Below are positions 47,550 to 57,437 of a DNA stretch of 64,000 nt, piece after piece. The notes beneath the pieces are model-generated. The model saw only the letters and a program-made list of their open reading frames with translations, did not search any database and was not told the DNA's origin. The position numbers and the translations under genes are program-made. The stretch is from Giardia intestinalis (lineage: Eukaryota), in NCBI GenBank assembly GCA_000002435.2, contig CM018791.1. One strand, 5' to 3'. Within the stretch, counting starts at the first letter, position 1, and each line of letters starts with the position of its first letter.

Positions 47550-49649
47550 ATGTTGCTACTAGCTCCCTGCCTTTTGATAAGTGCTCTTGCAGCATCGTGC
47601 AGTGGGCCAACTGCAAGTAAGTGTAAAGATGGTGAGTGTGATATGATTGGCAAAACGGAAGTTTGCACACAGTGTAAAACCGAAACAGACCACCTTATTG
47701 ATGGAGAATGTGTACCAGCAGGGACTGACCAAGCAGCTGCTAAATGCGCTTCCCCTGCTCAAGGAAAGTGTGGCTCTTGCGGCGATGGATACTTCATGTA
47801 CAAGGGCGGATGTTATGAATTTGCTGGCGAATTGGGCGGGCTTATCTGTGCCGACCCAGCAGGAGGGGCGACAGTTGGTAAAGTAACAGGAGTCTGCAAG
47901 GATTGCGTGGAAGGATTCTTTAAGAGTCCAGTGGCAGCCGCTAATAAGCAATCGTGCATCTCCTGTAATGACACGACGGGGGCAGATCAATATCAAGGTG
48001 TAGATCAATGTAAAACATGTAATCCTCCAAGCAATACTGGCCCTGCTACATGCACCGCGTGTGATGAAGGCTATTTCGGCGCAGGCACTACGACCTGCAT
48101 AGCTTGCGGCGACGAGAACTGCGCTACATGTACAGAGGCGACAACCACAAAGAAGTGCAGCAAGTGCAAGGCTACCGGTAAGATGTATTTAAAGAAGGAA
48201 AGCGGTAGTCTAACGGGGATATGTGTAGAAGGAAATCAATGCTCCACCGATTCTACCCTCTACCCAGATGATACCGAGCCTAAGAGTTGCAAGCCGTGCA
48301 CGGCAGGAACGTTTGAGAACTGCAAAACATGCACCAAAAGTGACACCTCCGTTACCTGCACAGCGTGTAAGGCAAATATGGTATTTGGACTCGGAAAGAA
48401 GTCGTGCATTAGTAGCTGCCCTGATAACTCAGAAGCCAAGACCGAGAATACTTGCACGTGCAATGATGGATTTAAGCTTAACGAAGAAGAAACACAATGC
48501 GTGCCAAATGATTCCCCTTCAAATCCATGCAGTACTCAGGATTGTAAGGCATGCAGTGGTGCACAAACAAACAAAGAGATCTGCACCGAATGTCTGTCCA
48601 ACAAGTATCTGACGCCAACAAACCAGTGCATAGACCACTGCGAATATATTCTAGGCTACTACAGTAGCACAGAGGGCAACAAGAGGGTCTGCAAGAAGTG
48701 CGAGGTCGCCAACTGTCTCGCGTGCAGTGAAAATGGCGGGTGCGGTCTCTGTAAGGACGGCTTCTACGGCGAAGCGTGCTCCCCTTGCGATTCCAGCTGT
48801 AAGACATGTAGCGGAAATACTGCCAATGATTGCACAAGCTGTAAGTCTGGAAGCACGCTCACCTACGGATCCACAGGAAACACTGGCACATGTGGGGCCG
48901 AGTGCGCGGCGGGCACAGGCACAGGCAAGTGCAGGGAGTGCGGTCTGACTGTTGAGGGGACAAAATACTGCTCTGTCTGTAGTCAAAACAACGAGTATCC
49001 CCAGAACGGCGTCTGTGCTGTTAAAGCCAGTCGCACAGATAAGTGCAAAGATGGAAGCATTACCGGTGGCGTGTGCAATGTCTGCGCAGACGGCTTCTTC
49101 AAGATGAACGGCGGCTGCTACTCCACCAGCCAGCTTCCGGGGTCGACAGTGTGCTTGAGTGCGCAGAGTACAGGCGGAATCTGCAAGACTCCGGAAGAAG
49201 GATTTAGCCTGACAGGCGAGAGCCTTGTGACTTGCTACACTGGGTGCGCTGAATGCACCACCACTAAGGACTGTTCTAGGTGTATGGACGGATATGTGAA
49301 GGTTGGCAGTGCCTGCACGAAATGCCACGAAAGTTGCTACACCTGCGAAGCCGGTGCTACTACATGCAAGGTATGTGCTCCTGGATATTACAAGGAGAGT
49401 AGCAGTAATGGGCCGTGCAGAAAGTGCTCCGAGGGGCTGGCTGGATGCAGGCAGTGCGCGACACCTGTTAACGGCAAGTTCATATGTTTCGAAACGGATG
49501 ATAATACCGGCGACAATACTGGCGGAAGCACGAACAAGAGCGGGCTCAGCACAGGTGCCATAGCCGGCATCTCCGTCGCAGTCATCGTCGTCGTTGGGGG
49601 TCTCGTTGGCTTCCTCTGCTGGTGGTTCATCTGCAGAGGCAAAGCGTAG
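47550..49649 (+). CDS. vsp: variant-specific surface protein (VSP), right copy. It differs from the left copy at 2 residues (Ser/Gly and Glu/Ala) plus one synonymous change.
   Basis: Same features as the left copy, ending ...CWWFICRGKA*. The track start at 47463 is a TTG. ATG at 47550 gives MLLLAPCLLISALAASC. Confidence 0.85.
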   Translation: MLLLAPCLLISALAASCSGPTASKCKDGECDMIGKTEVCTQCKTETDHLIDGECVPAGTDQAAAKCASPAQGKCGSCGDGYFMYKGGCYEFAGELGGLICADPAGGATVGKVTGVCKDCVEGFFKSPVAAANKQSCISCNDTTGADQYQGVDQCKTCNPPSNTGPATCTACDEGYFGAGTTTCIACGDENCATCTEATTTKKCSKCKATGKMYLKKESGSLTGICVEGNQCSTDSTLYPDDTEPKSCKPCTAGTFENCKTCTKSDTSVTCTACKANMVFGLGKKSCISSCPDNSEAKTENTCTCNDGFKLNEEETQCVPNDSPSNPCSTQDCKACSGAQTNKEICTECLSNKYLTPTNQCIDHCEYILGYYSSTEGNKRVCKKCEVANCLACSENGGCGLCKDGFYGEACSPCDSSCKTCSGNTANDCTSCKSGSTLTYGSTGNTGTCGAECAAGTGTGKCRECGLTVEGTKYCSVCSQNNEYPQNGVCAVKASRTDKCKDGSITGGVCNVCADGFFKMNGGCYSTSQLPGSTVCLSAQSTGGICKTPEEGFSLTGESLVTCYTGCAECTTTKDCSRCMDGYVKVGSACTKCHESCYTCEAGATTCKVCAPGYYKESSSNGPCRKCSEGLAGCRQCATPVNGKFICFETDDNTGDNTGGSTNKSGLSTGAIAGISVAVIVVVGGLVGFLCWWFICRGKA

Positions 49650-49661
49650 ATGTACTTAGGT

Positions 49662-49668
49662 AGTAAAC
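49662..49668 (+). terminator. AGTAAAC polyadenylation signal after the right VSP copy
   Basis: TAG-atgtacttaggt-AGTAAAC immediately 3' of the stop. Confidence 0.55.
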
Positions 49669-52114
49669 GCGTCTACCGCTATGCTCTTACAAGGTCCTAC
49701 CGGAATACAGAGAAGAGTCACCAGTGCTCGTGGCCCTTGACACCCATAGCTATCGTATCCTGTAATCTGTCTGATTGTCTGAGTGACCATCGTGGGGGAC
49801 ACAGCGATCGTGATGTTCGTGAAGTGGCACAGGGCCGGACACGAGAGACGGCGCCGACTCTGGGATGCACACCGCCATCCAGGCAGATTGCTTTTTTGGG
49901 TCCTGGATCCCATCACTATTAGTCTGGCCAGAGTGCGCCATCCTGACAGACGCGTGCCACAGAAAGCCTCTTGTTGCCATCGTCCAGAGACTTGCAGGAT
50001 TGCGGGGCTCAGGCAGCCACTATCCCATGAGCGAGGCTGGCCTCGCCCGGCGCCTCCAGCACTCTGCAGCTCTGCGTCCTGACGACCGCCGTGTGCCGGC
50101 TGACAGCAGTGGGCACTGCACTGCGCAGACACGCAGTCGTCAGCTACTGTTCCGGCTTCCAGCGCCCCTTCTTCTGTGATCACGTCTGCCTGGCTGGGGC
50201 CGTCCCCTCATCCAAAAGCGCCTCCTCGACAGCCTCTCAGGGAGGCACTAAGAACCGCTTGTCCAACCTAAGACATCATAGCGTTCACACTTCAGCTGGA
50301 CAAGTATCGCGGGCCGCCCTCGTTCACTCTCTGGGCTAGGATGCCAGATCTACCCCCAAGGCCCCCGTCTGTCAGCACTCGCTTTCGCAGGCATGCCATA
50401 TATTTGACAGGCCCGTCTCGCGTGGGTGGGGGCACCTTGGTCTGGCTCATCTAAGAGTGGTCCTTCGGTTCGACACGACCCTACATAGCACGTAGCATCT
50501 GCAGAGAACGCCCCCGCCCGATGGCTACGTGTAACCTCGGAAAGGCGCATCCTCTTTCTGCACGACTGGAACCCGTGGTCCTTTCGCTGCCGCCTGTTTG
50601 CAGTTGGGCTGCGTCGGAGAGTTGCATGCAGAAGCCTTCCTCACCCAATCGCAAGCTTGTGCGATCCAGCACGTCTTGCTTAAAGAGACAAGAGATCACC
50701 CTTCCCTTGAAGACAGCCGTGCCGCTATCAAGGCCCGGTTCTTCTCGCCTGGCTCCATGTGCTTGCCGTCCTTAAGCAGGCAGCCCGTGCGCAGAGGGCT
50801 ATGTTCCCCGCATTGTAGGGCACCAGAAGGCGAGGCATCTTCCTTGCGTCGCATGAATCGCACTGGCCGCCCGTCTTTCCGCACAGTATTCAAGGCCGGG
50901 TGCATCGTGGTTGAAGTGCATGCAGTCTTCCTGCGCCACAAAAGGAGGGGTGCAGCATGGTTCGGGGCCGCACTCTGGGGCGTCGCTGTTTCATCCTGGA
51001 GTAGAGCGCGGGCTCCCTCGTCTGTGGAAGTCTGCTGCCATAATAACCTGCGCTCCCGTCTATGCAGCTGCTCCGCCTCGGCTGGCTTCTACCCTCGCCC
51101 CTCTATCTGCGACAGGGCCCTGACCTGATGTCATGCTCAGAGGCAGTGCTTAGTCTGCCTGGGTGTAGCGGGGCCCTCAACCCCGTATTACCATCGCCTG
51201 GGTCCATCCGAGGCGCGGGAGGCTTTGGCGATTTCTATGCTGAGATCCTCGTCCCTAGTGACGGGCTGATCGGGGCCTCTCTGGGCCGGCATGCGCAGCG
51301 ATTCGAGATCTGCAAGGCAGCCATCTATCTCTGTTTGAGTACCAGCTTTGGTCACTCTCAAAGGGGCCGTGACTTGTGAGCATGGGCTCAACATCCTTAC
51401 CAGGGACAGCTGCATAGAAAGCCAAAGAACAAAGAGGCCTTCCTCAGCACGCCTCTGACGTCCTGCACATCTACCTCGTGTTACAATGGCGTACAGTAGC
51501 CACTCATCGCAGCTGTGTTCGCGCTTGGCGGCCTAGGAGGCCCTGTGGTCCACCGGGCAAGCCGCTGGCGAAGAAGCAGTGGATGTCCCTTTGCCACTGC
51601 ACCTAGGGAGCCCTCAAGATGCTTGTTCTGTGACACCCCCGGCTGGCTTGGAGTAGCCTCCGGCACCCGCGGGGAAGGCTGGCTCCAGATGAACCGCGGG
51701 AACCTCGCGCCTTCTAGACACTGTCGCCCTGCTTCGGAGAGGCGCAAGAGCCACAGCTCGGCTGCAACTTGCGCCGGCTCTGTCAGCTGCTATCACGCGC
51801 CTGCACTGTGCGACAAGGCATCTCGCACACGGTGGCCAGAGGGGGCTTCCCAGGCCTGAAGGCCATTTGAATGACGCTATCAGCTCCTGCACAGACTCGA
51901 CGGTCAGGGCGTCAATCCCGCTATGGCCGCCCCTTGAGGACGAGCCCCCGAAGGGTGGCGCCCTGCCACGCCGGATGCCCTGCGATTTACTCGTGCGGGT
52001 CCTGTCATATCTACTAGCAGATCACTATGGCAAAGTACTAAAACTACCCGGTGGATGAAGCAGGTTTTCTCATAGATCTGTCATCAAACAAACAAGTGCA
52101 ACGATATCTTTACA

Positions 52115-55100
52115 TTAGTCAATCATCCCAAGACTCTTGTCCAGCTGAGCTATTAGATTCCGTATATCTTCTTTAGCCATTGTGGTAGGCGGCATACTGG
52201 GTTGGGATCCAGTTGTGCTAAGAGGATACACAGACACACTAGTACTCGGTCGGGTGAAGGAAGTCATGCTTGGTGGATTGGTTCCGTAGCCTGGGCTGCT
52301 TAGGCCAATGTTCAAAGGACCCGCAGTTAATGAGGTTGGTGGGGCCCCAGTAATATTGGCTATGTCTCGCGCAAGGCCACTTTCAATAGACGTTCTCTGT
52401 TCCAAAAGATTAATTCTGCTTTCTGCTTTGCGGCGCCGTTCCTCTGTATCAAAAAGCATCCGATCTTCAACAGCCTTCCTAGCCTTGATCTCTTCCTCTA
52501 GTTGCAAGCTAAGGCGGCCTATCATTTCGTCTCGCTCTACTAGACCATTATGTTTAGCAGTAAGATCGCTTGTCAAATCGCGGATCTTAACTTGTAATTG
52601 CTCGATTTCTTTGTTGAGAAAGTTCACCATGTTGTCCATGTCTCTACGCTGATTATCATTTATGCTCAGCTGTCCTTCGAAGTTTGCAGACATGACCTTG
52701 TACTGAGCGATTGTGTTAGTCATCTCGCGGATCTGAAGGTTGAGTTCATTGATATTGAGCTCATATTGTTTTGCACTTTCTGACGCCCTCTCTAGCTCTC
52801 TCTTGTACATCTCGACGTCTGAGCGGATCTGATCATTGTCTTTATGTAGCTCCTGGTTCTGATATTCTGCGTTATTCAGCTTGAACTTTATTTGATCTCT
52901 GTCCTTGACAACGGATTCATACTCATCAATGGCCACGAAATCGGTCTTCATCTCAGTCTGCATTCCCGAAAAGCGTGTTCCGAGATCGAGTAGTTGGCAA
53001 TTGAGGTCGTTGATTTTGTTACGGAGAATCTCGTTTTCGCCCTGAACCTGTGTGACAAAGGACTCCTTTTCGGTGAGTCCATTATACAGATTATCATTTC
53101 TCTTGATCATGTACTTGCAGATATCCATTGCCAACTCTGCAAGAGTGAGCGGTCGCTGTACATATATGCCCAAGCTTATACCACCTAGTGTGCGACCAGA
53201 CATGATACTTGTGTAGCGGAGAGAAGAGTATACAGCCGTTGTAGGATTCGGTGCAAGAGCCATGACGTCGAGAAGCTTCACAATGGCGCGAGCCCGATCG
53301 TCTCGTGCAGACATAGCAAAACCACCATACCTGTAGTCTGAAAGAAGACGCACGTGATTCTGAAGGGCCTGGCAGAACTTGGCAGATAGCTCGAGGATGG
53401 GTGGCGGTGTCACTTCAACTCCGGCTAAAGTCGTCGTGGTTCCACCTATCGCAGTTCCGGAAAGGCCACGGGTGCTCGCCAGTGAACTATATGTGGTGGT
53501 GCCAAGAGGCCCAGCTGTTGCTGTTCCGGAGAAGGTCGCATTAGTGGGAGGGAGGAGAGGAATCGAGTTGACCTGGAGCAAGTTGTTAAGTCTTTCTTCA
53601 ACGGATCGGGTGTAGCTTCTATGATCGCCCATTGTTTGCTCTAAGCGTGACAAAAAGGTGATAACGTGGACGGCAACACGTAACTTTGACACAGTCCTGT
53701 TAAGACGGTTTTTCTTTGGATCAGAAGACTCCTCGTAACGAAGAAGAATCTCTCTTGTACTTGATATCTCGAATAGGGCTCGGTTAAGAAGTGTGGCAGC
53801 CAGCTCTTTGGAACAATGGATGCGCTTCAGCCTGTCCTGATCATCGCTGACCTCGCGCAATAAACAAAGAATTGTCTGGCCCGAAACAATCAAATTCGTA
53901 GTTAAAGTATTGTTTTCTGTTTCTAACTGCATCAAGCGTCCCGTTTGCTCCACCAGCTTCCGCTTCCCGCTTTCCAGTTCAGCAAGGCTGTCTGTAGTAT
54001 TGTTTGATAGCTCGCGGTTCTGAAGCTCCAATTGTGTATACTTTGTTCCCAGCTCGTCATTCTCCCTATTGAGAAGCTGAATCTCTTGCTGAAGCTTAGT
54101 TATATATGTTGCTGCATTGGAAGCAACATCTGATACCGATCCAGAACCCTTCGTACTACTCAAGTCTCCGGGAAGCATCGACTGTAGTTGGAGATTGGTC
54201 GCAGTCATGTTGATTCCTGTACTAGCCCCGAATGACTTACTCATTGCTGTACCTGATAAGTCTCCTTGCATGGCCAGGGCGTTCGCGCTTGAGGAAAGAT
54301 ATTTCTTTGATGAAGCCAGACTAGCCACGAGCATTTGAATGGCGCTATTAGATTCAACACGCAGCTTTTCTAGCTCTGTTGCAATCTTGTCGCGCTGAAT
54401 CTTCAACTCATCCATGTCTTTGGAGAGTGAGTCATAACCGGAATTGTTCCGGGCCATGGCTGTCTCCATACGAGCCAGCTCGATCTGGAGGGCCTCCTTG
54501 GCATCCGAAAGCTCTATGTTCTCCCTACGCATGGCAGAGATGTTCTTCTCTGCCTTGAGACAGTCATCTTCCAAGGATTTGACTTTGCTGCATTCGGAGC
54601 GCAGCTTAGCCAGGACAGAACTAAAGCAAGAGTAAAGGCTAGTTTCACGGTACTTGTCTAAGTCTGTTGCCGCTTGTGTGGGGTCCTCATTGTTAATAAT
54701 ACATCTGGTATAGTTGCTTATGGCAATACCGGCCTCCCGCTCGCTAGTCAAATGTTGATCAAGAAAGTTTTTCTGATGAAGCAATTGTTCGTTCTCTTCC
54801 GTCAACAGACGCATCTTCTTGCGCAGTTGAGAGGCCTCATCGTCAAGGTTCTTGAAATAGTCCATACGCTTCTTTGTCTCGTTAGAGTCATTTTCCATAG
54901 CCTTCATCTTGGAATCGATGACACTCAGGTCACCACGCGCCTGCTGAAGCTCGGCTTTTGTTCTCATCCACTCTTCACTTTCTTCCTTGTATTTTTCGCG
55001 AAGCATTCTTAGGTCATCTTCTGCGTGCTTCTGCATATTTAACTTCAATTTCAAGTCATCAACCTCCACTTTTAACTGCTTGTTTAGTTCTTTAAGGCTG

Positions 55101-55777
55101 GAAATCTCGTGAGTTGCCGACTCATATCGCGCCGTATGGATCTCTAGATCCTGTGCAGCCTTTCGAGAGACCAAGCGCTCGTCCTGTAGCTCTATTTCGG
55201 TATTAGATAACTTGGTGGTCAGCTGCTTCAACTCCTCAGTGCGAGCTGTCAAGCGAGATTCAAGACGATGCACGAGGTCTTCACGACGGGCATAATCTTC
55301 TCGTAAGCTATTCACCTGAGCCTTTGCTTGCTGTAGGGCTTCGACCAGAGCTTGGCGCTCCCCTGCAGATTCTGCGACTGTGCGACGCAAAGCCATATCC
55401 TTCGACTTGAGCTCCGATGCTATGTGGGCATTATCGCGCTCAAGCGCAAGGGTCTTTAGCCGCGCATTGTTAAGCTCTTTGCCACGAGCTATAGACTCGC
55501 TTGTGACGCTATCCAGGTTAGATTGCATCGTGTGAAAAGCTGGCAGAGGAACTCCAAGAGCTTGGCCCCCTGCACCATCAAAGTGCTGCCGCGCTGCTGG
55601 TTTAATCACTAGCCCGCTCGGATCAGATGTTCCGTTTGGAACGCCTCCAATAGACGAAAAGGAGGCAGATGGGGGATTCAGAGATGACTCTGTAAGTCCT
55701 GTAGACATGCCTGTCAAGAGACTCTTGCGTGCGTTTAGCCGTTCCGCTATGCGATGGGCCAGGGTGGGGTCCGTCAT
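52115..55777 (-). CDS. large coiled-coil protein (1220 aa), likely cytoskeletal
   Basis: ATG in A-rich context (TAAAAAACAGAATTTCTTGTATGACGG). It is heptad-rich nearly throughout, with S/T/P-rich N- and C-terminal ends. The right palindrome arm ends about 110 bp beyond this gene's stop codon. Confidence 0.6.
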   Translation of the reverse strand: MTDPTLAHRIAERLNARKSLLTGMSTGLTESSLNPPSASFSSIGGVPNGTSDPSGLVIKPAARQHFDGAGGQALGVPLPAFHTMQSNLDSVTSESIARGKELNNARLKTLALERDNAHIASELKSKDMALRRTVAESAGERQALVEALQQAKAQVNSLREDYARREDLVHRLESRLTARTEELKQLTTKLSNTEIELQDERLVSRKAAQDLEIHTARYESATHEISSLKELNKQLKVEVDDLKLKLNMQKHAEDDLRMLREKYKEESEEWMRTKAELQQARGDLSVIDSKMKAMENDSNETKKRMDYFKNLDDEASQLRKKMRLLTEENEQLLHQKNFLDQHLTSEREAGIAISNYTRCIINNEDPTQAATDLDKYRETSLYSCFSSVLAKLRSECSKVKSLEDDCLKAEKNISAMRRENIELSDAKEALQIELARMETAMARNNSGYDSLSKDMDELKIQRDKIATELEKLRVESNSAIQMLVASLASSKKYLSSSANALAMQGDLSGTAMSKSFGASTGINMTATNLQLQSMLPGDLSSTKGSGSVSDVASNAATYITKLQQEIQLLNRENDELGTKYTQLELQNRELSNNTTDSLAELESGKRKLVEQTGRLMQLETENNTLTTNLIVSGQTILCLLREVSDDQDRLKRIHCSKELAATLLNRALFEISSTREILLRYEESSDPKKNRLNRTVSKLRVAVHVITFLSRLEQTMGDHRSYTRSVEERLNNLLQVNSIPLLPPTNATFSGTATAGPLGTTTYSSLASTRGLSGTAIGGTTTTLAGVEVTPPPILELSAKFCQALQNHVRLLSDYRYGGFAMSARDDRARAIVKLLDVMALAPNPTTAVYSSLRYTSIMSGRTLGGISLGIYVQRPLTLAELAMDICKYMIKRNDNLYNGLTEKESFVTQVQGENEILRNKINDLNCQLLDLGTRFSGMQTEMKTDFVAIDEYESVVKDRDQIKFKLNNAEYQNQELHKDNDQIRSDVEMYKRELERASESAKQYELNINELNLQIREMTNTIAQYKVMSANFEGQLSINDNQRRDMDNMVNFLNKEIEQLQVKIRDLTSDLTAKHNGLVERDEMIGRLSLQLEEEIKARKAVEDRMLFDTEERRRKAESRINLLEQRTSIESGLARDIANITGAPPTSLTAGPLNIGLSSPGYGTNPPSMTSFTRPSTSVSVYPLSTTGSQPSMPPTTMAKEDIRNLIAQLDKSLGMID

Positions 55778-55824
55778 ACAAGAAATTCTGTTTTTTATCG
55801 AAAAGTGCCATTTACTGGGATCAA

Positions 55825-57348
55825 TTAAACATTGACTGAGCTTCTATTCTTTAGTTCTCGGTTCATAGTTGCTGCCTGCAGTAAAAATGCGTCAAATTCG
55901 TCTTCGTTCTGCGGGAGGGAAAGACCCGCTACCACTGCGGGTCTCACTCGGGAGAAATCTTGGGAAGCAGCTATAGAAGCCGCCTGATTACGTACATTTC
56001 CTGGGAAGGTGCCAGACCTCAAAGCATCTGCTCGTCCTACTGCCGCCTGCGTTGTCTCCGGTTGATGCAGGAAACGTACTGTATTTGGCCGCATTCCTGA
56101 ATCCATGGACGGAGGCCTTGGCCTTGCATGATCTAGTTCATCACGGAGCAGTTTGTTCTCCTGTTCTAAGCTAAAGTTCTTGGCTAATAACGATTCAACT
56201 CTACCCTGAAGCTCAATAATCTCCCCTTGCAGCTCATTCTCACGCAGTCCATTTCTGGCCTTTTCTTCAGATAGTGCTGTCTCCACTAGAGAAAGTTGCT
56301 CTTTGACCGCCTTGAGTCTCTCTTGCAGGGCTGTCTGAACACGCAGTGCTTGGTGGACGGTTTCATGATGGACAGCAACGTCTACGCTAGAGCGAGCATT
56401 GAAGCTACCTTTGTCAACGCCTTCGCCAATGCTTGTCATGGCAATGGAGTTCGAAGATCTGGTTCCCAGCGTACTTGCAACACCAGCGAGGCTATCGAGA
56501 GTCAGAGTCTGTGCTTGTCGTACATAGCTCAGCGTTTCAGCAAATGCCAGTTGCTTTATTGTGTCCTGGAATCTAGTATTGTCGTGGATCAGATTGTAGT
56601 CAACGCACGAAATGGTGAGAATCTGCGTCTCTGAACATGTCATGTTCTTGCCAGGATAAATGGGTTTCATGTGCTGAAGCATTTTTGACTCCCTCAACGC
56701 CAAAAGGGATCGCGTCGTAAGATGTTTATGAAGAGCTTGTAGGAGAGGCAGCTGCTGAGACGAAGCATCAAGGACCTTGAGCTCCGTTGTCGCACCTTTT
56801 TCTTGTATCCGCAAAAGAAAACCTGAGTGAGGATTCTGGACTCGTGCATACTCTTGAACAGCTCTTCCGAGTGTCCGCTCAAGGCAGATAGAATCGTCAG
56901 TGGAGCAGAAGTTGTGCTCCAGTAGTATCTTTTCTTGCATTGGAGCGATCTCGTTGAGGTATATGGCAGTTAACGTTACAAACCCGCCCTCGGTTATCTT
57001 CTTGAGCGCGAGTAGAAGGGTGCGTCTTACAATGGCGATGGATGTGTATGTCTTGCCGCTTGCAGGCAAGCCTAGAACTACAATTCCCATTGACCGCCGT
57101 CCATAAAGAACGTCCTCTGCGATTGATAGACAAGTGCTTTCATAGAATGCAGAAATGGGGTAGGAGGGGGTGAAAATCCTGTCAAACTTGAAGGACCGAG
57201 ACATTGAGAAAGTTAGTGAGCTAAGCTTCAGCGTGCACTGGTCCGTGGAGACCGCTAGTTCGGCAACCTCCTGCCGCCCAGGGACCGCAGACGGCCGAAT
57301 CCGGACCACATTCATTTTTTGGTCTGACCAGCCGGCATCCATGTTCAT
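55825..57348 (-). CDS. kinesin-like protein with a degenerate motor domain, followed by a coiled coil
   Basis: N-terminal kinesin landmarks: NVVRIRP, RSFKFDRIF, and a P-loop GLPASGKTYT that keeps the GxxxxGKT form but not the canonical GQTGSGKT. IYLNEI is present. The switch I SSRSH and switch II DLAGSE motifs are not recognisable. A C-terminal coiled coil follows (LKAVKEQLSLVETALSEE...). Confidence 0.45.
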   Translation of the reverse strand: MNMDAGWSDQKMNVVRIRPSAVPGRQEVAELAVSTDQCTLKLSSLTFSMSRSFKFDRIFTPSYPISAFYESTCLSIAEDVLYGRRSMGIVVLGLPASGKTYTSIAIVRRTLLLALKKITEGGFVTLTAIYLNEIAPMQEKILLEHNFCSTDDSICLERTLGRAVQEYARVQNPHSGFLLRIQEKGATTELKVLDASSQQLPLLQALHKHLTTRSLLALRESKMLQHMKPIYPGKNMTCSETQILTISCVDYNLIHDNTRFQDTIKQLAFAETLSYVRQAQTLTLDSLAGVASTLGTRSSNSIAMTSIGEGVDKGSFNARSSVDVAVHHETVHQALRVQTALQERLKAVKEQLSLVETALSEEKARNGLRENELQGEIIELQGRVESLLAKNFSLEQENKLLRDELDHARPRPPSMDSGMRPNTVRFLHQPETTQAAVGRADALRSGTFPGNVRNQAASIAASQDFSRVRPAVVAGLSLPQNEDEFDAFLLQAATMNRELKNRSSVNV

Positions 57349-57437
57349 TTACAAGTTAGTAAGCCCCCTTACGCAGCAAAACTAAAAGGGAATCTAGAGA
57401 AGAAGAAGACCTGTGTAGCTATAGCCACAAAAGCGTC

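Larger units (their letters stand above)
45959..52004. repeat. right arm of the inverted duplication; mirror image of 36927-42972
   Basis: It carries the same ORF peptides on the opposite strand. I found only about 3 nucleotide differences, all inside the VSP coding region. Confidence 0.9.
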
